This document shows, in pieces, positions 24,397 to 37,920 of a stretch of 64,000 nucleotides of DNA; positions within the stretch are counted from its first letter, which is position 1; each line of letters starts with the position of its first letter. The position numbers and the translations under genes were made by a program. Source of the DNA: Mytilus edulis (lineage: Eukaryota); NCBI RefSeq assembly GCF_963676685.1, contig NC_092344.1, positions 120,280,001 through 120,344,000 on the forward strand. Direction: 5' to 3'. The notes beneath the pieces are model-generated. The model worked only from the letters and a program-made list of their open reading frames with translations. It made no database searches and was not told the origin of the DNA.

Positions 24397-25332
24397 CTAG
24401 AGGCTCTTAAGAGCCTGTGTCGCTCACCTTGGTCTATGTGCATATTAAACAAAGGACACAGATGATTTCTTGACAAAATTTTGTTTTGGTGATGGTGATG
24501 TGTTTGAAGTTCTTACTTTTCTGAACGTTCTTGCTACTTACAATTATCTCTATCTATAATAAACTTTGCCCATTAGTAACAGAGGAACTTATTTGTAAAC
24601 ATTTATAAAAATTTACCAAATTAATGAAAATTGTTAAAAAAATGACTATAAAGGGCAATAACTCCTTAAGAGGTCAACTGACCATTTTGGTCATATTGAC
24701 TTATTTGTAGATCTTACTTTGTTGAACATAATTGCTGTTTACAGTTTATCTCTATCTATAATAATATTTAGGATAATAAACAAAAGCTGCAAAATATTCT
24801 TAAAATTACTAATTGAGGTGCAGCAACCCAACAACAGGTTGCCTGATTGGTCTGAAAAAGCAGATAGATCTTGACCTAATGAACAATTTTATCTCTATCT
24901 ATAATAGTATTCAAGATAATTACCAAAAACGGCAAAAATTCTTTAAAAATTAGCAATGGGGAGGGCAGCAATTCAAGAACCGGTTGTCCAATTCATCTGA
25001 AAATTTCAGGGCAGATAGATATTGACTTGATAAACAATTCAACTCCTTGTCGGATTTGCTCTAAATGCTTTGGTTTCAAAAGTTATAAACCAAAATCTAC
25101 ATTTTACCCCTATGTTTCATTTTTAGCCATGGCGGCCATCTTGTATGGTTGGCTGGGTCACCGGACACATTTTTTAAACTAAATACCCTAATGATGATTG
25201 TGGCCAAGTTCGGTTAAATTTGGCCCAGTAGTTTCAGAGAAAAAGATTTTTGCAAAAGTTAACGACGACGGACGACGAACGCCAAATGATGAGAGTAGCT
25301 CACTTAGCCCTTTGGGCCAGGTGAGCTAAAAA
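24397..25332 (-). mobile_element. HINE/Helentron-type non-autonomous element; related ends at ~43950-44087 and ~44800-45146
   Basis: Ends agctcacttagccctttgggccaggtgagctaaaa (hairpin, subterminal GCTCACC) after a gacgacggac microsatellite; the other end is actagaggctcttaagagcctgtgtcgctcacc (short palindrome plus GCTCACC); internal duplicated core. Confidence 0.7.
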
Positions 25333-27689
25333 ATGAATCTGTCTACAATTAGTACACAAAATTACAATACTTTATTGCAATATTTTAATATAAAGAATGG
25401 ATGTTGCTTTTCATATATAAGAATTCAGTGAGAGTTAATATAGGTGAAGGTGCACACTTCAAAAGTTATAAATAGAATGTTGACTTTGCATGCTTCCTGG
25501 AATTATACTGTTTTCGTATCGTGTAGCTAATCAAATATGTAGAATGCTGCTGCCTAGTATTGATCGCAACACAAAAACGAAACAGTCACAGTGCCAAATT
25601 CTTTTGACGTTGAATTATTCTTAGAGAGTTTTTGATTGATTTAGCAAATTGTTTTCCTAAACAAGCAACGTACTTTAAATTTGTAGAAGTAAGTGAACAT
25701 ATTATAATTGTTGATGTTGCACAACTCATACTGAATACTTGTATGTAGATTAACGACACATTTTCGGTTTTGGACGTAAGAGAGGAATGTAAACTTAACT
25801 CATAATGCTTCTGTATTTGTGAAATTAACGTGTTAATATTAGTAGACAATTATCTTACTTTAATCAGGTAAGTTTTTTCTCATTATCTCATTAGTAAACC
25901 TTTGGAATGACATTAGGTAAATGTTTGTTTAAGAATAATTAATCCTAAAAGTTAGAAAAAGTAAATATAATTTGATAGATTCTTTTTTGTGCTTCTTTGT
26001 TAAATAGTTGTTTGTTTTTGTTCTAATTGAGATTATGACACGGTGATGACTGCTGTACCCATATTTTGACTATTTTATTTATTATGTCTGTTTTGTTCAC
26101 GCATCGTTGTAAATGTAAAGGAATTTGATGCGAGTGTCATACATGTGAGAGGTTAAGCGCTATAAAACAAGGCTCAATCCACCATTTTCTACATTTAAAA
26201 ATGCCTGTTCCTAGTCGAAAATATGACAGTTGTTGTCCATTCGTTTGATGAGTTTTATCATTTGATTTTGCCATTTGATTAAGTACTTTCCGTTTTAAAT
26301 TTTCCTCGGAGTTCAGTATTTTTGTTATTTTACTCTTTTTTTTAATATCAATTATTTAATTTTTTGATTTTACAAGATGTATTGTAGACAGAAATTTAAG
26401 ACCAAAGTGTTTTAAGTAGTAAATGAAAGGCAGTTATATATAATCATTTATTCTTCACGCGTGCAAAAAGCGGGCGTTTTTCTAAGTAATTTTTTGATAT
26501 TGCAATGATTGATGAAATGGGGTGGACTGAGTATTCACAAGCTATTTAATCAAGAAAACAATTCACCTTGCCTTCACATATACAGGAACAAGGTCATAAT
26601 TTGTCTGTGTTTAAATGATACAGCTGTTTGGTACAATAATGAATTTTATGTTCAAAGAACATTTTGGTCATTGTTTTGCTACATTTATTTTCAAATTGTC
26701 TGTTTTCTCGATCGCTTGCTATTTGAAAACGTATGATTTTGAATTTCCACATCTAACTAACGTAAAGATCTCCGTATAATTGGCACCTCTTCTTCGTGAT
26801 ACTTGAAGATAAATAAGTCACTAGTTTGCTTTTATGTGTGTATATAAACCAAATCAATACTACTGAAAAACTGAATACAAAGAAATTATGTTTCCATTTC
26901 GGATAATGAAAGTGAATCCTAAATCAATGTCAAACCCTGTTAGCGATTTTTCTCTATTTATTTGATATTCCAGAGTATATTAAACATGTTTAATTCTGTC
27001 ATTTTATATTCTTAACGTTTAATGATAAATCAGAACACTAGTAGTGCTCGTTATACTCCGGAAAAGGCTGTCTAATTGGAAAAAGTTCAAGTTGTAAGTT
27101 AAAAAGTATCGACATAGAGAGTAAGCTATAAACATTTGACATATGTTTAAAGTTGATACTAATAATCTATTCAGACAAAAATGTCATTCTGGAAAATGTA
27201 TTATAGGACAAATCTGAATATTCTGCGTATTAATAATTGACGATGTATTGATTAAAGTGAATTCTTTTTTTATTTTGTTTTCGTTGACTAGTATATAAAG
27301 AAATTATCTTTAATAAGGTTTTACACATTTAAAACAGTCCTAGTTTACTATGAATATGTGAAATAGACAGTATTAACCTCAAACAAGAAAATATGCAGGG
27401 ACGCTAGTAAAAGGATAAAACCGTTGTCGGTATACATGTAACAAAATTTCGAAATTTTGTTAAATTTTGTAGGACATTAGTTAATCTCTAATCGCTACTA
27501 AGTGGATGAAAGATAATGAGATGTTAGGTGACAGTCAAAAACACAAGTAGAAATCTACTGATTTTTGCCACATTGCAAATTCAGAAACAATAGCGTAAGG
27601 ACAACTCCACAAGTTTGACTATCATGATGCAACCACTTAACCTCAATCATTTTTCTGAAAGAAAGCATTTCTGACTCCAGCTTGTGTAT

Positions 27690-28745
27690 GCATATATATT
27701 AACATGCATCATGACTTGATAACACTCATAATTGTATATCAGGATTAACACATTCCATTTTGTATGGTTGTACTCTGTTGAGCACAGACATGTCGGCATT
27801 CACCTCGTAAATTAACCAAAACATTAAACTGCGGTCAAGTTATTCAAGATGGCATTTTTTGGGACTTACATTGATTTTTTCATAGTGTCTTTGCATCGAA
27901 AATAAACACATTGATTCTAAAAACCAGTTGTTTGCATGATACATGTATAATATATAAAGCATTATACTTAACCCCTAACGGGAGTGATTGTGGTTTGAAC
28001 TTTATGTGATGAAATGATTTTTGGTTCTGATTAGTTGAGATCTGGAGCTGGCATGTCTATATCTACTAATAGTCCTTTGTTAATTTATGTTGATCTGGAG
28101 CTAGCATGTCTATATCTACTAATAGTCCTTTGTTAATTTATGTTGATCTGGAGCTGGCATGTCTATATCTACTAATAGTCCTTTGTTAATTTATGTTGAT
28201 CTGGAGCTGGCATGTCTATATCTCCTAATAGTCCTTTGTTAATTTATGTTGATCTGGAGCTGGCATGCCTATATCTACTAATAGTCCTTTGTTAATTTAT
28301 GTTGATCTGGAGCTGGCATGTCTATATCTACTAATATTCCTTTTTAATTTATGTTGATCTGGAGCTGGCATGTCTATATCTACTAATAGTCCTTTGTTAA
28401 TTTATGTTGATCTGGAGCTGGCATGTCTATATCTACTAATAGTCCTTTGTTAATTTATGTTGATCTGGAGCTGGCATGTCTATATCTACTAATATTCCTT
28501 TTTAATTTATGTTGATCTGGAGCTGGCATGTCTATATTTACTAATAGTCCTTTGTAAATTTATGTTAATCATTGTTATTTTACTTAGTTTCTTCGATTAC
28601 TTATTTTAACATCTGACTTGAAATTTTTTAAACGGATTTTTACTGTGCAAATTGCTGTTTGTTTGTTTATTTCACATTTGCTAGAGGTAAAGGGGTTTAA
28701 ATTTCCCAAAACAGGTTAAACACCGCTGCATCTTTGCGCCTGTCC
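27690..28745 (+). mobile_element. Decayed copy of the Penelope-like element seen at 54135-55145, hosting a minisatellite
   Basis: gtctttgcatcg, aacccctaacggga, tctggagctggcatgtc, gctagaggta and tgcgcctgtcc occur in the same order as in 54530-55140. Confidence 0.7.
28039..28566. repeat. 53-bp minisatellite, ~10 copies
   Basis: Unit GATCTGGAGCTGGCATGTCTATATCTACTAATAGTCCTTTGTTAATTTATGTT; starts at 28039, 28092 and onward. Confidence 0.95.
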
Positions 28746-31370
28746 TAATTTTTGATTCAATTTTTGATTCTTTATCCTTTGTAAGTCCTACGAATTTTTT
28801 TGATTTTTTTTTTTTCATTTGTTTGTTTTGGGGTTTAGTGTGGCATTCATTCCGCAAATATCTCGACCTTTTAGTTGGAACACATTTGTTCATCTTTGAA
28901 TATATTTTCAAATGCGACTAATCTTTGAGACATGTGTTTTTATAAGTCATTCGTGTCTTTCAACTAGCAAGAAAGCAATAAAACACATAATAATTTAAAT
29001 GACGGGACCATTTCTTCTGAAAAGTATTGTGGTTTTTAACGGCATGTTTGTCATATATCATATAATCATGTTAGGTAAACTTTTTAAAGTTTAATCCATC
29101 TATTCTTTCATTTTTTGCTTATGTGTCTTGTCTATATGTCAAATTGTTTTTATTTGTTAACATATTAGTTTGTTGTTATAGTGATAAAGATTATAACACA
29201 GTGTTGACGATTTTGTCTCTATTTTTGACATTTTTACATATCATGTCTGTTTGTTATGTTCAAACAGTGTTGTCAATATAATGGTACTTCATCCGACTGA
29301 CATACAAGTTGGAGGTTTAAATAGCTGTAAAACCAGGTTTCATCTGATATTTCTTACATAAGGAAATGTCTGAACGAAGTCAATTTTGTCATGTGGTAAG
29401 GACATTGCGTTTTCATTTTTCCTTTGAGTTCGTTTTTTGTTGTTGTCATTTTACTTTCTTCTATTGTATGTTGTAAAATAATGATATTTACTTATCACTA
29501 TTATAAAAAAAAACATTGATAATTTACAAGTATACGAGTACGTTACAACACTGTATCGTTCACCGCACTATATGATTATGTAAATTAAATATAACTTAGT
29601 TTTAAATACAGCATGGAGAATTTAACAAGCAAGACTATCACTGTATACAGATGTATATTGCAATTAATATATGAACCAAACACAATCCTATATACCTTAC
29701 TAAAAAAAGCAACAGTAGTACACCGGTGTTTGAATTTCATAAATTGAGAGAAAACAAATCCGGGTTACAAACTAAAACCGAGAGAAACATAAGATTGGCA
29801 GAAATTACGTAAATAAAGGGCTGTTGGGTTCTACTTTCGGTTTAGGAAACGGACATATTTCATTTAAGCATCACTTCTTCTGATATTGTAAAATGTCTTG
29901 AAAGCTAAATACACATATATTACATATTTACCCTGTGTTAACATTACTGTTCACAAAGGTAAACAAGTGTTGTCTTAATATTTATCTTTCGGCATTTGTC
30001 AGTGCTATCGAAGAATGATAATTGACTCATAAACTTCTAGCATGGCTAAATTTCTCATAATAATATTTATATGATAACTTTCTTCATCATCCAAAGTAGT
30101 TGTATATGATCCGATAACTACAACCCTTCCCATCAGTAGAATATTAGAGCAAGTAGTATTCTCGAATACACATGATACATTTCGGAGAATAACCGATTTT
30201 CGAGAAATTATCATTGTTATATGCACTTGCAACAATTTCTTATTCCTACAACGAGTTAACACTAATTCAGTCTATTTTACACAGTTAGCTCAAATTGTAA
30301 AATTCATATAAATGATTTATTTTAAAGATAAGGATAATGTATTGACAGGACTGAACCACCTTGATGATATTTACGATGTTATACAATCATTTATAGATCA
30401 TTAATATTCATGTCATACACAGAAACATCTATTTGTATCACATCTATGTGATGTATAAAATGTAACGTTATATTATTTATATATAATGTTCACCATTAGC
30501 AACATCCAAACAAACACACAAGTTTAGCCAGTTTAAATCTTTCATAAACATATTTCAGTTAAGATATACGATATGTCTACAATCAATCAATAACAATAAC
30601 AATCCTTAACTAAATCCCTGAACCAGTGTATTACACAATTGAATTGTTTCGATACTTTTGACTTACTATAATTAATTAAATATTTATTTATATCTTAAAG
30701 CTATAAAGCTAAAATATGTTTAATTTGTCACATATTAATGTGTCCAAGTCAGGAAGAACTCTAGTCCTGTAGATGTGTTTTTTTTTAACTGTTTTGATAA
30801 ACGATGTTTATTTAATGTTAAAGCATAAAGCAGGCTGTTATTTATCTCTATTGAGCTTTTTATCATTTGATTATTCTATGACCTTTTACAGACTTGAAAT
30901 AATCAGTCGTAGGTACAGTGCATATTAAAAAGATATAGGTAAATGTGGTATGGGTGCCAATGAGACAACTCTCCATCCAAGATACATTTTTTTTTAAAGT
31001 ATACCATTGTAGGTCAAGGTACGGTCATCAACAGAGAGCCTTGGCTAACAACGAACACCAATCCTATTATTAAGGATTTTTAAAGTCTTGAGCATTATTT
31101 TGACCTCAAATATTCCACGATAGTGTTAATGGTTATAAACATTAGGTATCTATTAGAACAGTGCAACCGATTTGTTCATGAAGGAACTTATCAGAGATTA
31201 TATTAACACTAAATGTAGCATTCATAAACTTTTATATTCTCTCATAAGTTGTTTGTTTTCTCCATTTTTCTAAAAACCTTTACTTCGGAAGGTGAATGGA
31301 AACGCATTTGATAAAAGTAAGTCAATACAATGTGACCAGGTAGCTATAAAATTAACAAAATATATTCATC

Positions 31371-31835
31371 GTGCTCAATAAAAGCAGAAATTAATATAAT
31401 GATTTGTAATTGGAAGCTTGGTCGACTTTTAAGTCGCAGTATCTTCAGTTTAACGAGTCTTTGGTTTTTATTACCAAAAACAGTTATCAAAATTGACTAT
31501 AAACCAACTGCAATGTTTGGATGAAACTGCCAAATAGCTCAATGGCAATGTTGTTCATTATTTAATTCATATGTTCTTAGTATTAATAATACCTTTGTCT
31601 TCTTTATTTAAAAAAACCTGGTTTAAGGTTTTTGAATCTATTTATAATATTCAATTGATGTATGTTGCCGGTTAAAGCCTTTCTCTAATTACTGATGATT
31701 CTAACGATACAACTTTCGTTTCAGCAATTTAATCTTTGTATAATCACTATCATGTTATTTATAACTTGTCTATAATCAGGACTATATGAATGATTACTTC
31801 GATAGTCACGACGTTCGTCTATTTTTGAAAATCGA
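31371..31835 (+). repeat. ~450-bp dispersed direct repeat, copy 2
   Basis: Collinear with 23190-23640. Confidence 0.8.
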
Positions 31836-32989
31836 ATTTAATTCTTCAAATTTGTTTTCCGCTTTGTAACGTTTTTATGACTGGCTTTGTATTTATAGTA
31901 AAATATAAAGAAGCATATACAAGATTTTCCGCGTAAAAGAAGCCATCTAAAAGATTCACCACAATAACTGATTGTCGCAATATGCAGGAATAACGAAAAG
32001 TGAACAAAACGAGCAAAGTCAAATTTGTTGTTGTAAAAAAAAACAATAACCATAAGGTAGCGACTGCATCTTATGTATCAAAGCAATAAAGTATATTCCG
32101 ATACTATTCAATTTGAAAAAAAAATGTCTTTTGTTCTTTTTCTGGTATTCAAGCATCATATAAAGAAGCAAAAAAAAAGATTTACACAGCTTCGGATTCT
32201 CGAAAACAATTCAGCGAATAGTTTGATGTTAAGTGAAACGAACAAGCCACATAAACCAAATGTACCTACCTTCATTAAGACAGCAATTATTAGGATGCAA
32301 CATATTTGGATTAATTTTTAATCAAAAGTAATATATAAATACTCCATTTTCTATAATGAATCGTAAAATGTACAGAAAAAGGACCTCAATACATTTTTAA
32401 TACAATATTTGGTTGATACACACATTGAATAAATAAAAACAAAATAGACAATACAAAAAAACTAAACAAATAATTAATAATAATAATCATAATGGTAATA
32501 AAAATAACAGAGATAATATATAAACAAATGAAAGACTTTGGAAGTGTAATAGGACTGACTTTTTTATTTATCACTCTCAATTTAAATGTGGAAATCCTAT
32601 TTCAATTAAGCAGAGTGTGAAATTGAGATCGAAGTATGGACAAAAGTGTTATAGGGAAGATGGCATAAATATTTCATATAAATATGATATGTTAATTGAT
32701 CATTTACACACAAGAGTGTGATATAGCAATTCCATTCATTTGTCAATTTCAAATTTCTTTAAAATTGTACTAATCTGTACTTGTGTACCTTGAAATAATC
32801 TATATTAATTCCCATATTTTATAGACGATTATCGTTTGTATGACAGACGTTGTGATATGATATAGTCATATATTATATTTGCATATGTTATATTTACTTT
32901 ACTGCTTAATTTCTATAAATGACAACCTAAGCAATTTAAAATAAGTTAATTTTAGAATCGCTGTAACAATATTCAAAAATATTTTTTGG

Positions 32990-34252
32990 TTATTTCGTAC
33001 CTAACTTTTCGATGTTATAAAGTTTAACATGGTTGCCATCGATTTCCGCTGCAAGAATTTTCAACTCTGGTTGGTAGGCAATATATCTCGGTCTTTTAAC
33101 TCTGCTGTCCTCGTCAAGGAGATGGTAAATCAATCCATCAGTTGTATTCATCTGATATATTCTGTTGACTTCACTGCTTGCCACGAACAGAATATTATTG
33201 AACATAACGATGCCCCGTGGACTCCTGACCTTCACTGACCAACATAAATTCCCCTTAAAATCAACACTGTGAATGGATTCATTTACAATATCTACAACGA
33301 ATACGGTCTTTTTCACAAAGTCTAGTGCGAGACGTATAGTATTGCCAGTGAATTGCCCAAAGCTTCTTGTATTTCCGGGTATGACAAACAACTCCTTTCC
33401 ACCCAATTCATAAATACGAATGGCACCATCTTCCCCTTCTCCACTCTCTACGGCAAAATGTTCCTTATGATATGCAATACTGTATGGTTTTTCTTTTACT
33501 TTGAATGTTTTATAAGTACGTATCTTATTATCAATTCTAAAAATTCTTATCTCCTTTTTATCAGCAATAGTAACCGCTATTAGATCATTTGGTGTGCTTG
33601 CAATACCTCTAGGATCGTCTTTCAGTTCTCTTGCCATTTCAAATTTTAGATCACGTTTGAATAGCTTCAAACTTCGATTTTTGTAATCAGCAACGACAAT
33701 TTTACCGTCAGACAGAATTGCTATTCCTCGGACTCGTGTAACTTCTTTATCAGCCGGAGCAGAGCTCATTAATTCATTCGCAAATTGTCCCCTAAATGGC
33801 CCGTTATCTTGTACTTGTGCTTGAAATGAGTCATCACGATGTTGAGTAAATGCCAGTGACCTGCGATTGTCGCTAACACTTTGACGATCGGAAACTACTG
33901 ATATGGTTTCATCTATTGGTAGTTGTTTAGCCGCGATTGCGATATGATGTTTCGTTGCTTTAAGTGACGAATGTTTGTTCGTACAGTTGGTACAAAGTAA
34001 CTGTTTGCAGTCGATACACAGACTTACTGCTGGTTCACCACAGTCATTACCACAATTGGCATTCACTGAGCTTAGATTTAAGTCGGTTATGTCGTGTGAT
34101 GCATCTACCAGGATATGTATGCGAGTAGACTTCAGTTTTCTGTGGTACAACGTGCAATCGTGACAAAATGCTTGGTCACAATTTGCACAATATACTTCTA
34201 AGGTTTCCGTAACTTCATCACATCCATCGCAGACTTTTGAAACTGTTGCCAT
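32990..34252 (-). CDS. TRIM-like protein A: two B-box zinc fingers plus NHL-like beta-propeller (420 aa, single coding exon)
   Basis: CDGC..CANCDQAFCHDCTLYH..H and CGNDC..CIDCKQLLCTNCTNKH..H; propeller blades VRGIAILSDGKIVVAD, PRGIA, PYSIAY, PRGIV, PRYIAY; ATG lies 2 nt after a catttag acceptor (34255). Confidence 0.9.
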   Translation of the reverse strand: MATVSKVCDGCDEVTETLEVYCANCDQAFCHDCTLYHRKLKSTRIHILVDASHDITDLNLSSVNANCGNDCGEPAVSLCIDCKQLLCTNCTNKHSSLKATKHHIAIAAKQLPIDETISVVSDRQSVSDNRRSLAFTQHRDDSFQAQVQDNGPFRGQFANELMSSAPADKEVTRVRGIAILSDGKIVVADYKNRSLKLFKRDLKFEMARELKDDPRGIASTPNDLIAVTIADKKEIRIFRIDNKIRTYKTFKVKEKPYSIAYHKEHFAVESGEGEDGAIRIYELGGKELFVIPGNTRSFGQFTGNTIRLALDFVKKTVFVVDIVNESIHSVDFKGNLCWSVKVRSPRGIVMFNNILFVASSEVNRIYQMNTTDGLIYHLLDEDSRVKRPRYIAYQPELKILAAEIDGNHVKLYNIEKLGTK

Positions 34253-35465
34253 ATCTAAATGATAAACAAAAACCACACTAGAATGGTTTAGATAACTTAC
34301 TATTTCTATTGGACGATTTGCAGCTTTTTTAAAGCAGCATGTTTATCAGAGTCATAATGACGCTGATCGTCAACATTGTAAATAAAAAACAAAACGACGA
34401 AACTCAAAGCTAACTAACGATATCAAAATCTAAGAGAAATAATGGAGACATATCATCAAAATGGGGAAATTAAACATTACTTCCAAATATATTTGAATTG
34501 AATGGAGAAACATGGCCTTTTCACAGTTCTATCGTTCAAAGCCTCGTATGTCTAACGTGATTTGAACTAACTTTTGCATACCATTAGGTATTAGCAATAA
34601 AAAAAAATGATATAAGGTACCATTAAATTATATCTGAATATCACAATTGAATAATAGATCGACTCAATTATTCTATGTAACAGCAATAATAGCGTCTGGT
34701 GTATATACAAGGTTTAGTAGTGGTATCTATGATATATGTTTAAATAAAAATTAATAAATCGAAACATCTCACTGGCTGCATCCGTTATTTTAAATAATAT
34801 ATTAAATAAAAGAGAAGTGTACCTATCTGCTTACCTTTTTAAATCAGTTATAACATACCATTTGTGTTTGGTTAGATTTTAAATGTATATGTATCAATAA
34901 ATATATTATATGCATTCATCTATTTAAAAATACATAGGGTTAGAAGAGAAAACGATATTTTAAAAGTTTACCTTTCTCAGAATCTGAGGTTTACCAAATC
35001 AAAAACATTCCAGTAATGGATGAAAATATTGTCAGTTTAAAATATGATGAACCTCCCACTAACAATTTTAACCTAACAATCATCCTTTACAAATAGTGTA
35101 TGCATTTTGGTGCTTGATCGCACATGAATGATCTTCTTAGAGCATGGATCGTGTAACCTGATATAACAGTTGTTTGCATTAATCTTCACTAAGAACATGC
35201 AAACCCCATGCAATATTTAAAACCAAAGTGTGTAATAATATTGAAGGCCCGACGACCTATATGACCGTACAGACCTACAAATAATAGACGGGTCCATCTA
35301 AAGTCTAAAACTTTCAGTAAATATCAGGTTTTTCTTTTTCAAAAGTCAATATAACCATATATGGTTGCTGCTCATAATTAAGCTATGGTGTTTGTGTTGT
35401 TTAAATTTGTGTTATCTTGTGTTTGTTTGTTTGTGTTTTTAGGATTTTTATATTTTGTATAGCTT

Positions 35466-35962
35466 TTTATGCCCCACCTACGATAGTAGAGGGGCATTAT
35501 GTTTTCTGGTGTGTGCGTCCGTTCGTCCGTCCGTTCGTCCGTCCGTTCGTTCGTCCGTTCGTTCGTCCGTCCGTCTGTTCGTTCGTCCGTCTGTCCCGCT
35601 TCAGGTTAAAGTTTTTGGTCAAGGTAGTTTTTGATGAAGTTGAAGTCCAATCAACTTGAAACTTAGTACACATGTTCCTTATGATATGATCTTTCTAATT
35701 TTAAAGCCAAATTAAACTTTTGACCCCAATTTCACGGTCCACTGAACATAGAAAATGAAAGTGCATGTTTCAGGTTTTGGTCAAGGTAGTTTTTGATGAA
35801 GTTGAAGTCCAATCAACTTGAAACTTAGTACACATGTTCCTTATGATATGATCTTTCTAATGTTAATGCCTAATGATATTTTTTATCCAATTTTGCGGTC
35901 CATTGAACATGGAAAATGATAGTGCGAGTGGGGCATCCGTGTACTTTGGACACATTCTTGTT
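35466..35962 (+). mobile_element. HINE/Helentron-associated MITE with GTCY microsatellite; related copies ~42660-42898 (minus) and ~57668-58217
   Basis: atgccccacctacgatagtagaggggcat hairpin, (CGTY)n tract 35516-35592, two ~177-bp core repeats, subterminal tggggcat, 3' gtgtactttggacac palindrome, ends ttcttgtt. Confidence 0.8.
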
Positions 35963-36994
35963 CCTTTTTTTTGATCATTTTTTTGCTTGTTTTCTCTGGG
36001 TTTTTTTATAACCTTTTTGTATCGCATTCTTTCTTTTTATAAAGTGGTCTTTTTTATGTGTTTTTTTTACAATATAAAATGTCTATATTTTTTTGTATTC
36101 TATATATTGAGTTTTGATGTAGCTTATCGAGGTTTCATATTAACTAAACCAGCTCAACTGAATCAATTTTTTTTCATGTTTATTTTAATTTTGGTAATGC
36201 GGTCGAGTAGTTGATCGACTGTGTTGAATATATTTACAATTGTATCCACTCGTAGTGTTTATGATTTTTTCGCATAGAAAAAGGCTGCGCCTAATGTCGT
36301 CATTTTAACAGACATCTTTCTTATTGTTTGAATTATCAAAATTGACTCTTCAAATTTGAAAGCAATGCAGAATATAATGGGAAGAATTGTTTTACAGAGG
36401 AAATCAAAATTTCGCAGAGGAACAGAATATTAAAGAAAGAATTAATCAGACATAATTCATCACACTATAAAAATAAGGAGATGTGTTAAAAAATGCAAAT
36501 CACGTGGGTGTAAATAATTATGGGCAACCGTACGGCCTTCAACAATGAGAAAAACACATACCGTAAAGTCGACTATAAATCGCACCGACATAAAAATATG
36601 AAACAATTCAATTGGGAAAACTAACAGCATAATTTATAAAAAAAATATATACTATTTACGAAAACAAAATGATTGACAATCACTAAACTACAGGTTCCTA
36701 ACTTGGACTAGGCACATACACTATGTTGCGGGATTAACCATGTTTTTGAACGCTCAATCCTCATCTAACATGTTCCAGAGCTTTTAAAGCACACCATATG
36801 AACAAACTATTACAATCAGTTAAAAATGACATAACTCATCAGATCGAATCATAAATGGGTAAATTGTCAGAGTTAAGCCAAATTTGAAATGTTTCAGCTA
36901 TTCTGACGTAAAAGACTAATTTGAACATGATACTGATGTTAAGAAAGCAAAATTGTGTGAATAGTTATCAAATGTACCAGGATTTTAATTTAGT

Positions 36995-37041
36995 ACGCCA
37001 GACGCGCGTTTCGTCTACATAAAGACTCATCAGTGACGCTC
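36995..37041 (-). ncRNA. Minimal type I hammerhead ribozyme (intact)
   Basis: GCGUCA-CUGAUGA-GUCU UUAUGU AGAC-GAAA-CGCGCG-UC/UGGCGU; predicted cleavage between 37001 and 37000. Confidence 0.85.
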
Positions 37042-37346
37042 AGATCCAAATAGTTGTACAGCCAAACAAGAAGAAAGTTGAAGAGCATTGAGGACTCAAA
37101 ATTCCAAAAAGTTGTGCCAAATACGGCTATGGTAATCTATTCCTGGGAAAAGAACATCCTTAGTTTTTAAAATTCAAAGTTTTGTAACAGGAAATTATGA
37201 AAAATGACCATAAAATTGATATTCATATCAACACCGAAGTGCTGACTACTGGGCTGATGATACCCTCGGGTACGAAACGTCCACCAGCAGTGGCATCGAC
37301 CCAGTGGTGTAAATAGATATCAAAGGTACCAGGATTATAATTTAGT

Positions 37347-37393
37347 ACACCAAACGCGCGTTTCGTCTACATAAAGACTCATCAGTGACGCTC
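37347..37393 (-). ncRNA. Minimal type I hammerhead ribozyme, second copy (GUU triplet)
   Basis: Same core and stems as 36995-37041, with a GUU cleavage triplet and UGGUGU as the stem I 3' arm. Confidence 0.75.
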
Positions 37394-37920
37394 AGATCCA
37401 AATAGTTATAAAGCCAAACAAGTAGAAGGTCGAAGAGCATTCAGGACCCAAAATTCCCAAAAGTTGAAATCATATTATTAACTCTTAATATCTATTAGTG
37501 TAAATATAAAGACTCGTTGTACTCACTGTATGTATAATTTACCTTCGACCATGCGCTGGTATTCGGGTTACAAACCCGAAAATGATCAATATATTGATAG
37601 TAAATATGATTTAACGTAAATGTTTGTTACAAGGAAAAACAGATTTTCCAGTTTTATTTTTAAAATTTACCTGTGAAAAACGAACCTCAATTTCAATACA
37701 AGAAATTTATACAGGTGACGCCATATTGTTAAACGTAAAAGTAAACAACTCTCTGTGTTGCAACCTACATGTAAGTCCAGTAGTACCTATAAGCGGTAAG
37801 TTTATTCGGGAATCAATTATCAACATTACCATAGACTTTAATCAAAATATTAATGAAATTCAATGCTCAAACTTTGTTTTATCAAAATTTATTAAATCAT
37901 TTTTTATTTTTACTGTAGGA

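Larger units (their letters stand above)
36961..37466 (-). mobile_element. Non-LTR retrozyme, ~1.4 tandem units of 352 bp, family A
   Basis: Direct repeat (cgcgcg at 37003 and 37355); each unit carries a type I hammerhead. Confidence 0.85.

Noticed and set aside
28039-28566. Regularly spaced repeats resembling a CRISPR array (also 59051-61332)
   Set aside because: Head-to-tail units without unique spacers, no cas genes, eukaryotic context.
37254-37285. Plus-strand CTGATGA...GAAAC as a second, opposite-polarity hammerhead
   Set aside because: Stem II lacks the closing G-C pair, stem III cannot form, and the homologous site at 14479 reads CTGGTGA with no GAAA.
37624-37920. 99-aa N-terminal extension of TRIM-like gene B in the ORF track (also 34253-34276 for gene A)
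   Set aside because: Non-ATG start, no similarity to the paralogue, and it ends in a polypyrimidine tract plus AG; intronic.
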